From Saprospiraceae bacterium (lineage in GTDB: Bacteria; Bacteroidota; Bacteroidia; Chitinophagales; Saprospiraceae): a DNA stretch of 64,000 bases. Position 1 is the stretch's first letter; each line of letters starts with the position of its first letter. The translations under genes and the position numbers were made by a program. The notes under the pieces are model-generated. The model was not told where the DNA came from. It did not search any database and saw nothing but the letters and a program-made list of their open reading frames with translations. Below, piece by piece: positions 38,127 to 46,371 of the stretch. The stretch covers positions 8,054 to 72,053 of the forward strand of contig JAEUUT010000213.1 in assembly GCA_016787415.1 (NCBI GenBank). The letters are read 5' to 3'.

Positions 38127-38708
38127 ATGGCAAACAATCATATCATCACTTCGAACACCATTCAGGAGAACCCTCGGGTTGAGGAAAGCGGAAACCAAAC
38201 GCTTAAAACTTTCTCCGTCGATGAAAGAACAAAGTTTTTTGATCAATACTGGTCAGATGAAGACCTGGGAGGAAGGCGCCGAAAGGTTTTCCCCATTGAG
38301 GTCTGGAAACTGGCAAGCCTGTTTAAAAAAACTGGAGAAGTTGGATTTTTGGTAAAAAATATCAATAATTCCAACAAAGTAACTGCAAGGTGGATGTCAT
38401 TCGACAAAACCAAGCCGCCCGCAATGAAGGAAAACGACCGCTGTTTTGTGTTGTCCAAACTATTTTTTGATGGCGAAATCAAGCGTCTCCAACTACAAGC
38501 CAAAACGCACTCCATCAGAGGTCTTGCTGGGATAAATCTTATCAAAGGTATGCCCAATATTGTAGTAGCCTTGCTGGGGAAAGATGATGCCGGTCAATAT
38601 TGCGTCTATGTGCAGAATGCAGTTCCCAGAATGTTCAGTGAAGACCCGGAAGGCGACTTTGATACCAACCCTGGCGGAGAAGGCACCAGTGGCGTAAAGG
38701 TTCCATAA
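38127..38708 (+). CDS. hypothetical protein (193 aa), no signal peptide, Gly/Pro/acidic C-terminal tail
   Basis: Clean ORF 31 nt after the RR stop and 9 nt before the next gene. No family recognised. The tail reads SEDPEGDFDTNPGGEGTSGVKVP. Confidence 0.6.
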   Translation: MANNHIITSNTIQENPRVEESGNQTLKTFSVDERTKFFDQYWSDEDLGGRRRKVFPIEVWKLASLFKKTGEVGFLVKNINNSNKVTARWMSFDKTKPPAMKENDRCFVLSKLFFDGEIKRLQLQAKTHSIRGLAGINLIKGMPNIVVALLGKDDAGQYCVYVQNAVPRMFSEDPEGDFDTNPGGEGTSGVKVP

Positions 38709-38717
38709 ATAAGAATT

Positions 38718-39479
38718 ATGCTGTTACAGGTAATGTCCACCGACCCTGCTACCCTGAAAGAGTACTTTGGCCAACTCCTCCAGTTGTTTGTCAAAGGGGT
38801 AACCATTATTTCATTCCTGCCGCTGGTGGTAGGGATTATCAAACGCAGTTATTTCAACAAGGCTTTAAAAGTCTACTGGCTTTTTCTGCTGGTGAGTTTG
38901 TTGTTATACGCGCTGGAACCTGCATTCATCTGGATGGTAAAAAGAGACCTGGATTTTTGGATACCTGTATTGAAGGCTTGCAGTATTTCTGATACCAATT
39001 TCCTTCGTTACACCTTTCACATCAATAACTTCACCCTGCTGGGGTGGTTTTTATACCTCATATTAAAGCCGCGATCGGTAACCATGGCACTCACAACGCG
39101 GTGGTTATCGATCGCTCTGCTTATTGCTGTAACAATCAACTACTTTTTTATCCAGGGTTACAATGTGGCGGGCGGTTTTAATTCCACCGTTTCTGCGCTG
39201 TACTGCTTTACCCTTCCATTATTATCCATGTGGTTTATTTTCAACCACGAAAGCAGGGTTCCGTTGGGACATAATCCATATTTCTGGATCAACCTGGGGT
39301 TGATTATCCCCAATATCCTCGGGATATTCCTGTATTTTGCAGGAGACATCCTTTCCAGAGAGGACTACGTGTTGTATGCCAGGTTGAATATCGCCAAATA
39401 CCTGATTGAAATGCTGGCTCAAATACTGACCGCCATAGGTTTTTATTATGCCAAAAATGTAAAGTATCTTCAACAATAA
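38718..39479 (+). CDS. hypothetical integral membrane protein (about 7 predicted TM helices)
   Basis: Seven hydrophobic stretches, e.g. GVTIISFLPLVVGII, VYWLFLLVSLLLYAL, WLSIALLIAVTINYFFI and FWINLGLIIPNILGIFLYFAG. Confidence 0.65.
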   Translation: MLLQVMSTDPATLKEYFGQLLQLFVKGVTIISFLPLVVGIIKRSYFNKALKVYWLFLLVSLLLYALEPAFIWMVKRDLDFWIPVLKACSISDTNFLRYTFHINNFTLLGWFLYLILKPRSVTMALTTRWLSIALLIAVTINYFFIQGYNVAGGFNSTVSALYCFTLPLLSMWFIFNHESRVPLGHNPYFWINLGLIIPNILGIFLYFAGDILSREDYVLYARLNIAKYLIEMLAQILTAIGFYYAKNVKYLQQ

Positions 39480-39490
39480 AGGCTGAACAC

Positions 39491-40735
39491 ATGACACCCA
39501 TTTATAACAGACTGATCGTCCAGTACAAGGATGAAGTGGCTTTCCAACGTTTGAAAGAACGATCCAATATGGAGGTTAACAAACTGTACCATATGGAATA
39601 CGAAGAAGGATTTCCGCCCAAAAGCCTTTCGCCGATTGAAAGGCGTATGTTCAATACGGTACTGATCACTTCTTCCTTACCAACTGAATCTAACCAGGCT
39701 TTGTACGAATCCTTGAGCGAAGATCCGGATATCGAATTTGTACAATATGACCAGAAGTACGAGTTATTTGCCAAAATGCCATCACAAAGCACTACCAAGT
39801 GGTGGTTCTCGGCCATCCGCTATAAAAGAAGCCTGATGTCGTACGAATCGTTGCATCCGGTTAAAGTAGCCGTTATCGACAGTGGTATCGACCATGGTCA
39901 CCCTGATCTCAATCAGCGCTCATTTTCAACAGCGGTTAACAGAAGGGACTTTACCAATCTTATCTGGAGTAATGGCACCCTGACCAACCCGGATGGGGAA
40001 CCTATACCTCCCAGTCAGCCCGGCTATAATGATTTGCATGGTACCCACGTAGCCGGTATCATTGCGGCTTTGTACAACAATACCCACACCGTCGGGGTAG
40101 CCAATAACGCCCCGCTCATGAATTTGCGTGCCTATCCGGACCCCACTGAGGCGACGCTGTGTGCGGCTATTCGATATGCTGCCGATAATAAAGCCAGGGT
40201 GATCAATGCCAGTTGGGGCACCCGAATAGATGCTTCCAACCTCAACGTTGGGTCTGCGCTCAGAACCGCTATCGACTATGCCTGCTCAAAAGGGACTGTG
40301 GTGGTATGTGCTGCCGGCGACGATGGTGTAGATGTCTCTCAATACGTACCAGCCGGTTTTGACAATGTAATTACGGTTGGGTCGGTAAAAAAAGGTGCGA
40401 CGGCTGGAAATTACATCAAATCAGAATCCTCCAACGATGGCGCCAGGGTAATCAGCGCTCCGGGTGTGCGCATTTCCTCCCTGCACGCCGGCAACAACAA
40501 TGTTATGCTCATAGATAGCGGCACTTCCATGTCGGCCGCGTATGTAAGCGGCCTCGTGGCGCGTATGCTCGACCGGGAGCCGAACCTCATTGAACCTGTT
40601 GCTGCCGGCGCCGGCCCTTGTAATGCTGCTGACATCATCCTCAACCATATCCATACCAATCCTTTGCCCGGTTCTATAGGCCATGGCATCATCGATGTGG
40701 AAGCAACCCTGAGTAACTTGCCCGACTTGCCCTAA
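39491..40735 (+). CDS. S8 family (subtilisin-like) serine peptidase with N-terminal propeptide-like region and no obvious signal peptide or T9SS CTD
   Basis: Catalytic triad contexts VAVIDSGIDHGHPDL (Asp), HGTHVAGIIAA (His) and GTSMSAAYVSGLVA (Ser). The N-terminus MTPIYNRLIVQYKDEVAFQRL is not hydrophobic. Confidence 0.85.
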   Translation: MTPIYNRLIVQYKDEVAFQRLKERSNMEVNKLYHMEYEEGFPPKSLSPIERRMFNTVLITSSLPTESNQALYESLSEDPDIEFVQYDQKYELFAKMPSQSTTKWWFSAIRYKRSLMSYESLHPVKVAVIDSGIDHGHPDLNQRSFSTAVNRRDFTNLIWSNGTLTNPDGEPIPPSQPGYNDLHGTHVAGIIAALYNNTHTVGVANNAPLMNLRAYPDPTEATLCAAIRYAADNKARVINASWGTRIDASNLNVGSALRTAIDYACSKGTVVVCAAGDDGVDVSQYVPAGFDNVITVGSVKKGATAGNYIKSESSNDGARVISAPGVRISSLHAGNNNVMLIDSGTSMSAAYVSGLVARMLDREPNLIEPVAAGAGPCNAADIILNHIHTNPLPGSIGHGIIDVEATLSNLPDLP

Positions 40736-40740
40736 AGACC

Positions 40741-40765
40741 TCCCCCCTGATCCGGGGATTTTGTA
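40741..40765 (+). repeat. Hairpin motif TCCCCCCTGATCCGGGGATTTTGTA (copy B)
   Basis: Begins 6 nt after the S8 stop. It shares TCCCCCC...CCGGGGATTT(T)GTA with 37388..37410. Confidence 0.6.
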
Positions 40766-40867
40766 CCCTGACAACACCATCTACCTTTATTACACACAAA
40801 CAATGATGGCTGATGACCCCCAAACAAATCCCAAAAGACTTTTGGTTGTATGAAAGCAACAACATGA

Positions 40868-40894
40868 CCGTCGGGCCTCCCGGCGGTTTTTTTT
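40868..40894 (+). terminator. rho-independent terminator CCGTCGGG-CCT-CCCGGCGG + T8
   Basis: An 8-bp stem (one G-U pair) followed by TTTTTTTT, in the convergent gap after the S8 gene. Confidence 0.55.
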
Positions 40895-40928
40895 GCATTA
40901 TGCTCAAGCATACTTCCGGGAATAATGA

Positions 40929-41813
40929 CTATTTGTTTTCAATCATTTTCAACACCGCATCGCGTATCAGTGCCTCTCTGCTCCAGAGAATAAAGTGATC
41001 GCCTTTTTCGAGCATTGTCACTTCAAATGGTGCGTTTACCAGCATTTTTTTGCAAAATTCCACATTGCCCACATCTACCAGCCGATCGTTTTGTGCATGT
41101 ATGATATGCATCGGGCATCGGATGTTGTACCACAGCGGCTTCATGTTTTCCAGTTCGCTTTCCAGGTATCTGATTTCGTGGTTACTCGCCCAGAATGACT
41201 TGGGGATCAGCCATTTGCCCGGAGGCACATCCAGAAATTTTTGCCACCACGGATGTGGCTCGAGGGAAGGATCAACGGAACCGGCCACATTGATCAGACC
41301 TGCCGTCAGGTCGGGGTAATCCATTGCGAAGCGAACAATAACCGGGCTGCCGAGTGAATGCCCGGCCAAAAACAGTCGGCGGCCGGGTGCTAGAAAATCG
41401 GCAACGGCTTTCACGTCCTGCGCCTGCCGTTGCAAGGAGGTTTCCGGGTTTCCAAAATCGGAATACCCAAACCCGGCCCTGTCTATTGCTACCAAGTTGG
41501 CATGTTTACTCAACGTTGTATCTGCCAGGTAATCCAGAAAAGCGTCAGAAGAGCCTGGCGAACCATGTAAAAACAGCACCCAGGGCATCGAATCGGCTGC
41601 CATTACACAAACAGCATGGATACTTCGACCTGTGGGAGCGGGCACATCTATGAAACGAGGCGCAACAGGTTGCCCTTTTTCATTTAATTTCTTTGTCCAA
41701 GTGCGATCAGATGTGCGCATCGCCATGCAACCGGCCTGCACCGCGATGATCCAGATGAGCAATAAAGTGAGCAATGTGTACATGCAAAATTTGAGGATTC
41801 GGCGAATTTTCAT
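40929..41813 (-). CDS. alpha/beta hydrolase
   Basis: The Met at 41813 gives the TM anchor MKIRRILKFCMYTLLTLLLIWIIAV. VLFLHGSPGSS and the nucleophile elbow LAGHSLGS. The upstream ORF extension to 42296 was rejected. Confidence 0.8.
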   Translation of the reverse strand: MKIRRILKFCMYTLLTLLLIWIIAVQAGCMAMRTSDRTWTKKLNEKGQPVAPRFIDVPAPTGRSIHAVCVMAADSMPWVLFLHGSPGSSDAFLDYLADTTLSKHANLVAIDRAGFGYSDFGNPETSLQRQAQDVKAVADFLAPGRRLFLAGHSLGSPVIVRFAMDYPDLTAGLINVAGSVDPSLEPHPWWQKFLDVPPGKWLIPKSFWASNHEIRYLESELENMKPLWYNIRCPMHIIHAQNDRLVDVGNVEFCKKMLVNAPFEVTMLEKGDHFILWSREALIRDAVLKMIENK

Positions 41814-41942
41814 CCAAGAGAAATTATCGGCAACAATACGAATGCCGAAAGGTAAAATTGTTTTATTTTCGTTGTCGCTACCCCGGGACCCGAAATCGCC
41901 TGGAGCATTTCGACACGCATTATTAATCAAATCTCCTTTACC

Positions 41943-43373
41943 ATGAAAACGACCATGATTGTCGCAGCCATCCTGGCTGCTGCTGTGTACGCCTGTACTC
42001 GCCTCGCAGAAACGCCTGCGCCACCTGTTCCTCCTATCAACAATTGCTTTTGCGCCGACACTTCCAAGTGCAATACGTTTTGTTCCCAATTGCCGATCGA
42101 TGTGGTGGAAAATTTTGGATTCGGCTATTCGGGCAGCCTCACCCCTGCTTTCCAGCCGCCTTTCGATATTTTTTCCTGGCAAACTTTTATTGCCCTGAAC
42201 TGGCCGGCTGATTCGTTGGGCAACCCGCAAACCTGCAACCTCGGCGATCATCCCGGCGCGCCCAGGGTGTGGGAATCCTACACCGACCCGGCCCAACTGT
42301 TCGATTCAGGCAACGCGCCTCTCATGCTGGCGATCAACCAGGCCTCCGCAAAAGGCAAAAAGTTTTTTTACCGTTTTTCCAAAAGCGCACACAGGTTGCA
42401 CAATGGTATTGCGCCTTCTTCCAGTTTTGACGACGAAGATGAAGAAGCCGATGGGCATGCCCTTATCGATCGCAACCTCAATTTTGTCCTGTTTGAAATT
42501 CGGGTAAATCCCATTGAGGCTGAATTCATTCAAAAAAACGGCCTGACTACACTGCCCGGCATCCAGGCGTATTATCAAAACAACAAAAACAGTTTTCAGT
42601 TGCCCTCCAGCCAATCTCCCAAAGATGTAGGCTCTATGGAAATAAAAGCATCCTGGCGCATTCTGAACCCGGGTCTGGGCGACGACACCACGCGCTATTA
42701 CACCCGCAATGCCCTCATTTCTGTGCCTGCGCAAAACAGCGTTAGTGGGAAAGCCTTTACCGTGGAAGCAAAAGTTGGGCTGGTCGGTATGCATATTATC
42801 CGCAAAACCGCCAACTTTTCATTTATGATCTGGAGCACCTTCGAGCACGAAGACAACACACCGGATGATGTACAGGCGGCCCAAACTGCCCAGGATACTA
42901 GCAAGCACTGGTCGTTTTACAATGTGGAATGCCTGACCTGCCCGGTCAATAACCCACCGGCCTTACTGCCTTCCGACAGCAATCATTACAAATGGAACCC
43001 AGTGCAACCGTATGCTGCCCGATATGCTGTAGCAGTGCCGGGAGAGCAAGGCGGCCAAAAATTTGGCAGCCAAATCACCCGTACCTATCCGATTTACTAT
43101 CGAACCCAACAGGTGAATCAGTTGTGGCGCTCGAAATTAAAAGGAACAGTCTGGGAGCATTACCGCCTGATCGGTTCGCAATGGACGGTTGCGAATGATG
43201 GCAGCGGCAACAAACAGACCATTAATGTGCCATCCCGACTGGGCAATACCACCCTGGAATCCTTTATTCAGGTGGATGCATCCTGTATTTCCTGTCATGG
43301 TTTCGCCAATGTGATTTACAACAAAGACACGATTCCGACTGATTTCAGTTTCATTTTCGGAGAAGCACATTAA
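41943..43373 (+). CDS. hypothetical lipoprotein with a single C-terminal CXXCH (candidate c-type heme site)
   Basis: Lipobox AAAVYAC. CISCH is encoded at 43284-43298 (DASCISCHGFANV). No other family recognised. Confidence 0.6.
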   Translation: MKTTMIVAAILAAAVYACTRLAETPAPPVPPINNCFCADTSKCNTFCSQLPIDVVENFGFGYSGSLTPAFQPPFDIFSWQTFIALNWPADSLGNPQTCNLGDHPGAPRVWESYTDPAQLFDSGNAPLMLAINQASAKGKKFFYRFSKSAHRLHNGIAPSSSFDDEDEEADGHALIDRNLNFVLFEIRVNPIEAEFIQKNGLTTLPGIQAYYQNNKNSFQLPSSQSPKDVGSMEIKASWRILNPGLGDDTTRYYTRNALISVPAQNSVSGKAFTVEAKVGLVGMHIIRKTANFSFMIWSTFEHEDNTPDDVQAAQTAQDTSKHWSFYNVECLTCPVNNPPALLPSDSNHYKWNPVQPYAARYAVAVPGEQGGQKFGSQITRTYPIYYRTQQVNQLWRSKLKGTVWEHYRLIGSQWTVANDGSGNKQTINVPSRLGNTTLESFIQVDASCISCHGFANVIYNKDTIPTDFSFIFGEAH

Positions 43374-43523
43374 GAGGCGTTTGATGCGGCGTTTGCTCAT
43401 AATCTGGCGGGGCTTCGTCTAAATTTTCAAGGACGAGGCTCCGCACTGTTCACTTTTATGCATGTATGTGCGGAAGCACATGCCCATTCATGCATTTTTA
43501 GGTTCACTATTGCTATCGAAAAC

Positions 43524-45062
43524 ATGAACAACCAAACTCCCTCTGCCTTGCGCAGGGTGGCGGTGATCGGGAGTGGCATCTCCGGAATCGCCGCAGCGGT
43601 AATGCTTCAAAAAACCGGTTTCCAGGTCGACATTTTTGAAAAATCAGATTCTATTGGCGGCGTATGGGCGCTGGCATATCCGAATGTACGACTTCAAAAC
43701 ATAGCGCCTCATTATCACATTTCCGATTTTCCCTGGCCTTTTCAACCCGATCCGCATCCTACCGGCGCACAAATTATGCGTTATCTGGAAACCGCCACGG
43801 TGCATTTCCGACTGAAAGTACACTTACAACACCGCGTAGAAGATATGCAACAAACCTCGGGCGGCTGGATGCTGGGCATAGAAAGCCCGGAAGGTTATGA
43901 GCAGTGGCATTTTGATTATGTCATGGTCTCCAACGGCCACTACTCCGACGGAAAAAACAGGCCTGTATTTCCTGGCGAAGACACTTTCAGGGGCCAGGTG
44001 CTGACCGAACGGGAAGTGCGTTCGATGGATGTCTTCCAAAACAGACGCGTGGCTGTAGTTGGTTTCGGGAAAAGTGCGGTCGACATGGCCGATTTTGCAG
44101 CCATGCACGGCGCCACCCAGGTTTTTCATGTTTTTAGAACGCCACGATGGATGATTCCGCGTAATATTTTGGGGCTACACTTTACCAAATTGCTTTTTAA
44201 CCGCTTCGGTTCGGTTATGATGACCGGCTGGTCGCATCCCTCGGCCTTCGAACGCTGGATGCATGGGAAGTCTACAAGCGTCATCCGTGCATTCTGGAAA
44301 AATATACAAGGCGTTTTCAAATCGCATATCCTGCGTGCCGGAAAGAGTCTGGAAGCCCGGCAACGCCTGCAAATGGTAGTGCCTGTACATGATTTGACAG
44401 GCGACCTGCGCTCGGCCGCCTGCCTCGAACCGGAAAACTACTACCGGCTGGTAGCCGAAGGGCGTATTCAGCCATATCATGCCGAACTGGAATCGTTCAT
44501 TCCCAACGGATTACATCTCAAAAACGGGCAGATAATAGATTGCGACCTGGTAGTACTGTCGCTGGGTTCACAAACCCCCACCTTCCCGTTTATGCCGGCT
44601 GAACTTCGCAAACTGCTTGAATCCGAACCGGACGGCGTACAACTTTACCGGCATTTGATCCATCCGGATATACCGAATGTCGGTTTTGCGGGATTCAACC
44701 ACTGCTACATGCACGTTCCTGCCGTAGAAGTGGGCACTTTGTGGCTGGCAGCGTTGTGGCGGGGCGAACTGGCACTTCCATCCAAAGCGCTGATGCAGCA
44801 AAGTATGGTTCACATGCGCGACTGGAAACGGGCGCATATCCATTTCGAACCTTCGCGCTCCTGTGGTGTCAGTACGAGGTTTCAGCAGTATCTGGATATT
44901 TTGTTGAAAGACCTGCATGTGTCGCCTTACCGGAAAATGCCGAATATTGTGGCGGAGGTATTTGCAAGATACAAAGCCGCAGACTACGCCGGTGTGTGGC
45001 AGGATTATCAGCGCCGGCGGCGAAACGGAACTGTGTTGCGGCCTTCAGATGTAACGCACTGA
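43524..45062 (+). CDS. FAD/NAD(P)-dependent flavin-containing monooxygenase-like oxidoreductase
   Basis: The Met at 43524. FAD site VAVIGSGISGIAAA...GGVW, and a second dinucleotide site VAVVGFGKSAVD. Confidence 0.8.
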   Translation: MNNQTPSALRRVAVIGSGISGIAAAVMLQKTGFQVDIFEKSDSIGGVWALAYPNVRLQNIAPHYHISDFPWPFQPDPHPTGAQIMRYLETATVHFRLKVHLQHRVEDMQQTSGGWMLGIESPEGYEQWHFDYVMVSNGHYSDGKNRPVFPGEDTFRGQVLTEREVRSMDVFQNRRVAVVGFGKSAVDMADFAAMHGATQVFHVFRTPRWMIPRNILGLHFTKLLFNRFGSVMMTGWSHPSAFERWMHGKSTSVIRAFWKNIQGVFKSHILRAGKSLEARQRLQMVVPVHDLTGDLRSAACLEPENYYRLVAEGRIQPYHAELESFIPNGLHLKNGQIIDCDLVVLSLGSQTPTFPFMPAELRKLLESEPDGVQLYRHLIHPDIPNVGFAGFNHCYMHVPAVEVGTLWLAALWRGELALPSKALMQQSMVHMRDWKRAHIHFEPSRSCGVSTRFQQYLDILLKDLHVSPYRKMPNIVAEVFARYKAADYAGVWQDYQRRRRNGTVLRPSDVTH

Positions 45063-45073
45063 GTGCCTGTTTT

Positions 45074-45115
45074 GTTATCAGTTATCGGTTGTCAGTTATC
45101 AGGGTTGATAATCAG
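45074..45115. repeat. Tandem heptamers GTTATCA GTTATCG GTTGTCA GTTATCA followed by a short inverted copy (TTATCA-GGGT-TGATAA)
   Basis: Read directly. It starts 12 nt after the FMO-like stop (45060-62). Confidence 0.8.
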
Positions 45116-45150
45116 GCATTTGTGAAAATTTCACCTCATAATTTTTTGAT

Positions 45151-45696
45151 ATGACTTATCATTTTCCCCGGCAATGCCTGCTGATTATGGTTTTGGGCAG
45201 CCTGTTATTTTCATGTAAAAGCAAACCCGACCTGGACAAGGCGAGGCAGGAACTTTTGTCGCTTCACCAGGAGCAACAGACGGCTCATCTGAGCGAAAAT
45301 GCGCGATTGCTTTTTCAGCAAAGTGCAGATACCTCCATTTCCATCAATCGGGGCAAAATCAGTCGGGCGCGGAGGGATTCTTCTATTCGTCGTTTTGAAC
45401 GATATTTTGCAGGAATAGAGCACAAAAAGTGGGAAGATGTGCATCCGCCCGAGATATACTTCTCCGACGATGGCAGCATGGCGTATGTTGTGGTAGACAA
45501 AATGGTGGTAGTAAACTATCCCGACGAAAGTGGTAAAATGCAGGAAGAGTCCACCCATTTTGCCTGGGTAAACATTTATAAAAAGCAATCAGATGGACAA
45601 TGGAAAAGCGTTTGTATAGCTTCCACTAATGAGCCTTCGCAGGTGATTAGTCTCTCAGAAACTCCAGTTCCTGGTGGCGATCCAGCCGCGCGATAG
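45151..45696 (+). CDS. hypothetical lipoprotein, NTF2/SnoaL-like (DUF4440-like) fold suspected
   Basis: Lipobox LLFSCKS. The pattern ...YFSDDGSMAYVVVDK...HFAWVNIYKKQSDGQWK is typical of DUF4440-type proteins. The 3' end overlaps tsaC by 50 nt. Confidence 0.55.
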   Translation: MTYHFPRQCLLIMVLGSLLFSCKSKPDLDKARQELLSLHQEQQTAHLSENARLLFQQSADTSISINRGKISRARRDSSIRRFERYFAGIEHKKWEDVHPPEIYFSDDGSMAYVVVDKMVVVNYPDESGKMQEESTHFAWVNIYKKQSDGQWKSVCIASTNEPSQVISLSETPVPGGDPAAR

Positions 45697-46219
45697 AAGA
45701 GGGCTCGTGCGGCTCTTTGTCGTCCTGCCGGTATTTTACCACGTAGTCTACCGACCCTAAAATTTCGCTGCTGATGCCGCCGAATGTGGCCGGAAAAGGC
45801 TCTCCGCTTTTATTGGCCGAGGTGCTGACAATGGGGCGACCAAGCGCCTGAATCAGTTCACGGCAGAATTCATCCTGGGGCAGCCGGATGGCCACTGAGC
45901 CGTCCGGCGCTTTTACATACGCCGGCAACCCAACGTTTCGCTCGTAAATGATCGTCAATGGACGTGTATGGTAGGCGAGCAAAGTTTCCAGCCGGGGGTT
46001 GAGTTTTGGAACGTACTGTTTCAGCATGTCGACACTCGACACCAGCAGTACATACCCTTTATCGGGCGTTCGGCCTTTAATAGCCGAAATACGGGCAACC
46101 GCTGATTCGTTCAAGGCATCACATCCCACACCCCAGATCGTATCGGTAGGGTAACAGATGGTTCCGCCTTTGGAAAGTATGGTAGCAATCTCTGAAATGT
46201 CGTCGCGTAGCAGGAACAT
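45647..46219 (-). CDS. tsaC: L-threonylcarbamoyladenylate synthase (TsaC/YrdC/Sua5 family)
   Basis: GGTICYPTDTIWGVGCDA and RPIVSTSANKSGEP. ATG at 46219 is preferred over TTG at 46270. Confidence 0.85.
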   Translation of the reverse strand: MFLLRDDISEIATILSKGGTICYPTDTIWGVGCDALNESAVARISAIKGRTPDKGYVLLVSSVDMLKQYVPKLNPRLETLLAYHTRPLTIIYERNVGLPAYVKAPDGSVAIRLPQDEFCRELIQALGRPIVSTSANKSGEPFPATFGGISSEILGSVDYVVKYRQDDKEPHEPSSIARLDRHQELEFLRD

Positions 46220-46371
46220 AACCAACAATTGGAGTTCGTTTTCGTTAGTAGCCTTAATTTGGCCGGGCAAAAGTCAGACTTTTACGGCAAAACCGCAAAG
46301 ATGAAATGCTGTTTCGTTGTCTATGCTTCATTTCATGCGGTATTGCATTCAAATCATTGAGAAAACAAGAT

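Noticed and set aside
38092-38355. 87-aa ORF overlapping the start of the 193-aa unknown gene in another frame.
   Set aside because: It is shorter and overlaps the RR stop. The 38127..38708 frame is longer and fits the tight operon spacing (gaps of 31, 9 and 11 nt).
41814-42296. N-terminal extensions of listed ORFs. Examples: the 40929..42296 upstream part, 14138-14218, 15628-15810, 15470-15661, 18546-18596, 27777-27926, 43458-43523, 46306-46371, 48831-48896, 50265-50327, 58421-58531.
   Set aside because: In each case an internal Met is immediately followed by a signal peptide, lipobox, TM anchor or the canonical family N-terminus. The extension would also overlap a neighbouring gene or promoter.
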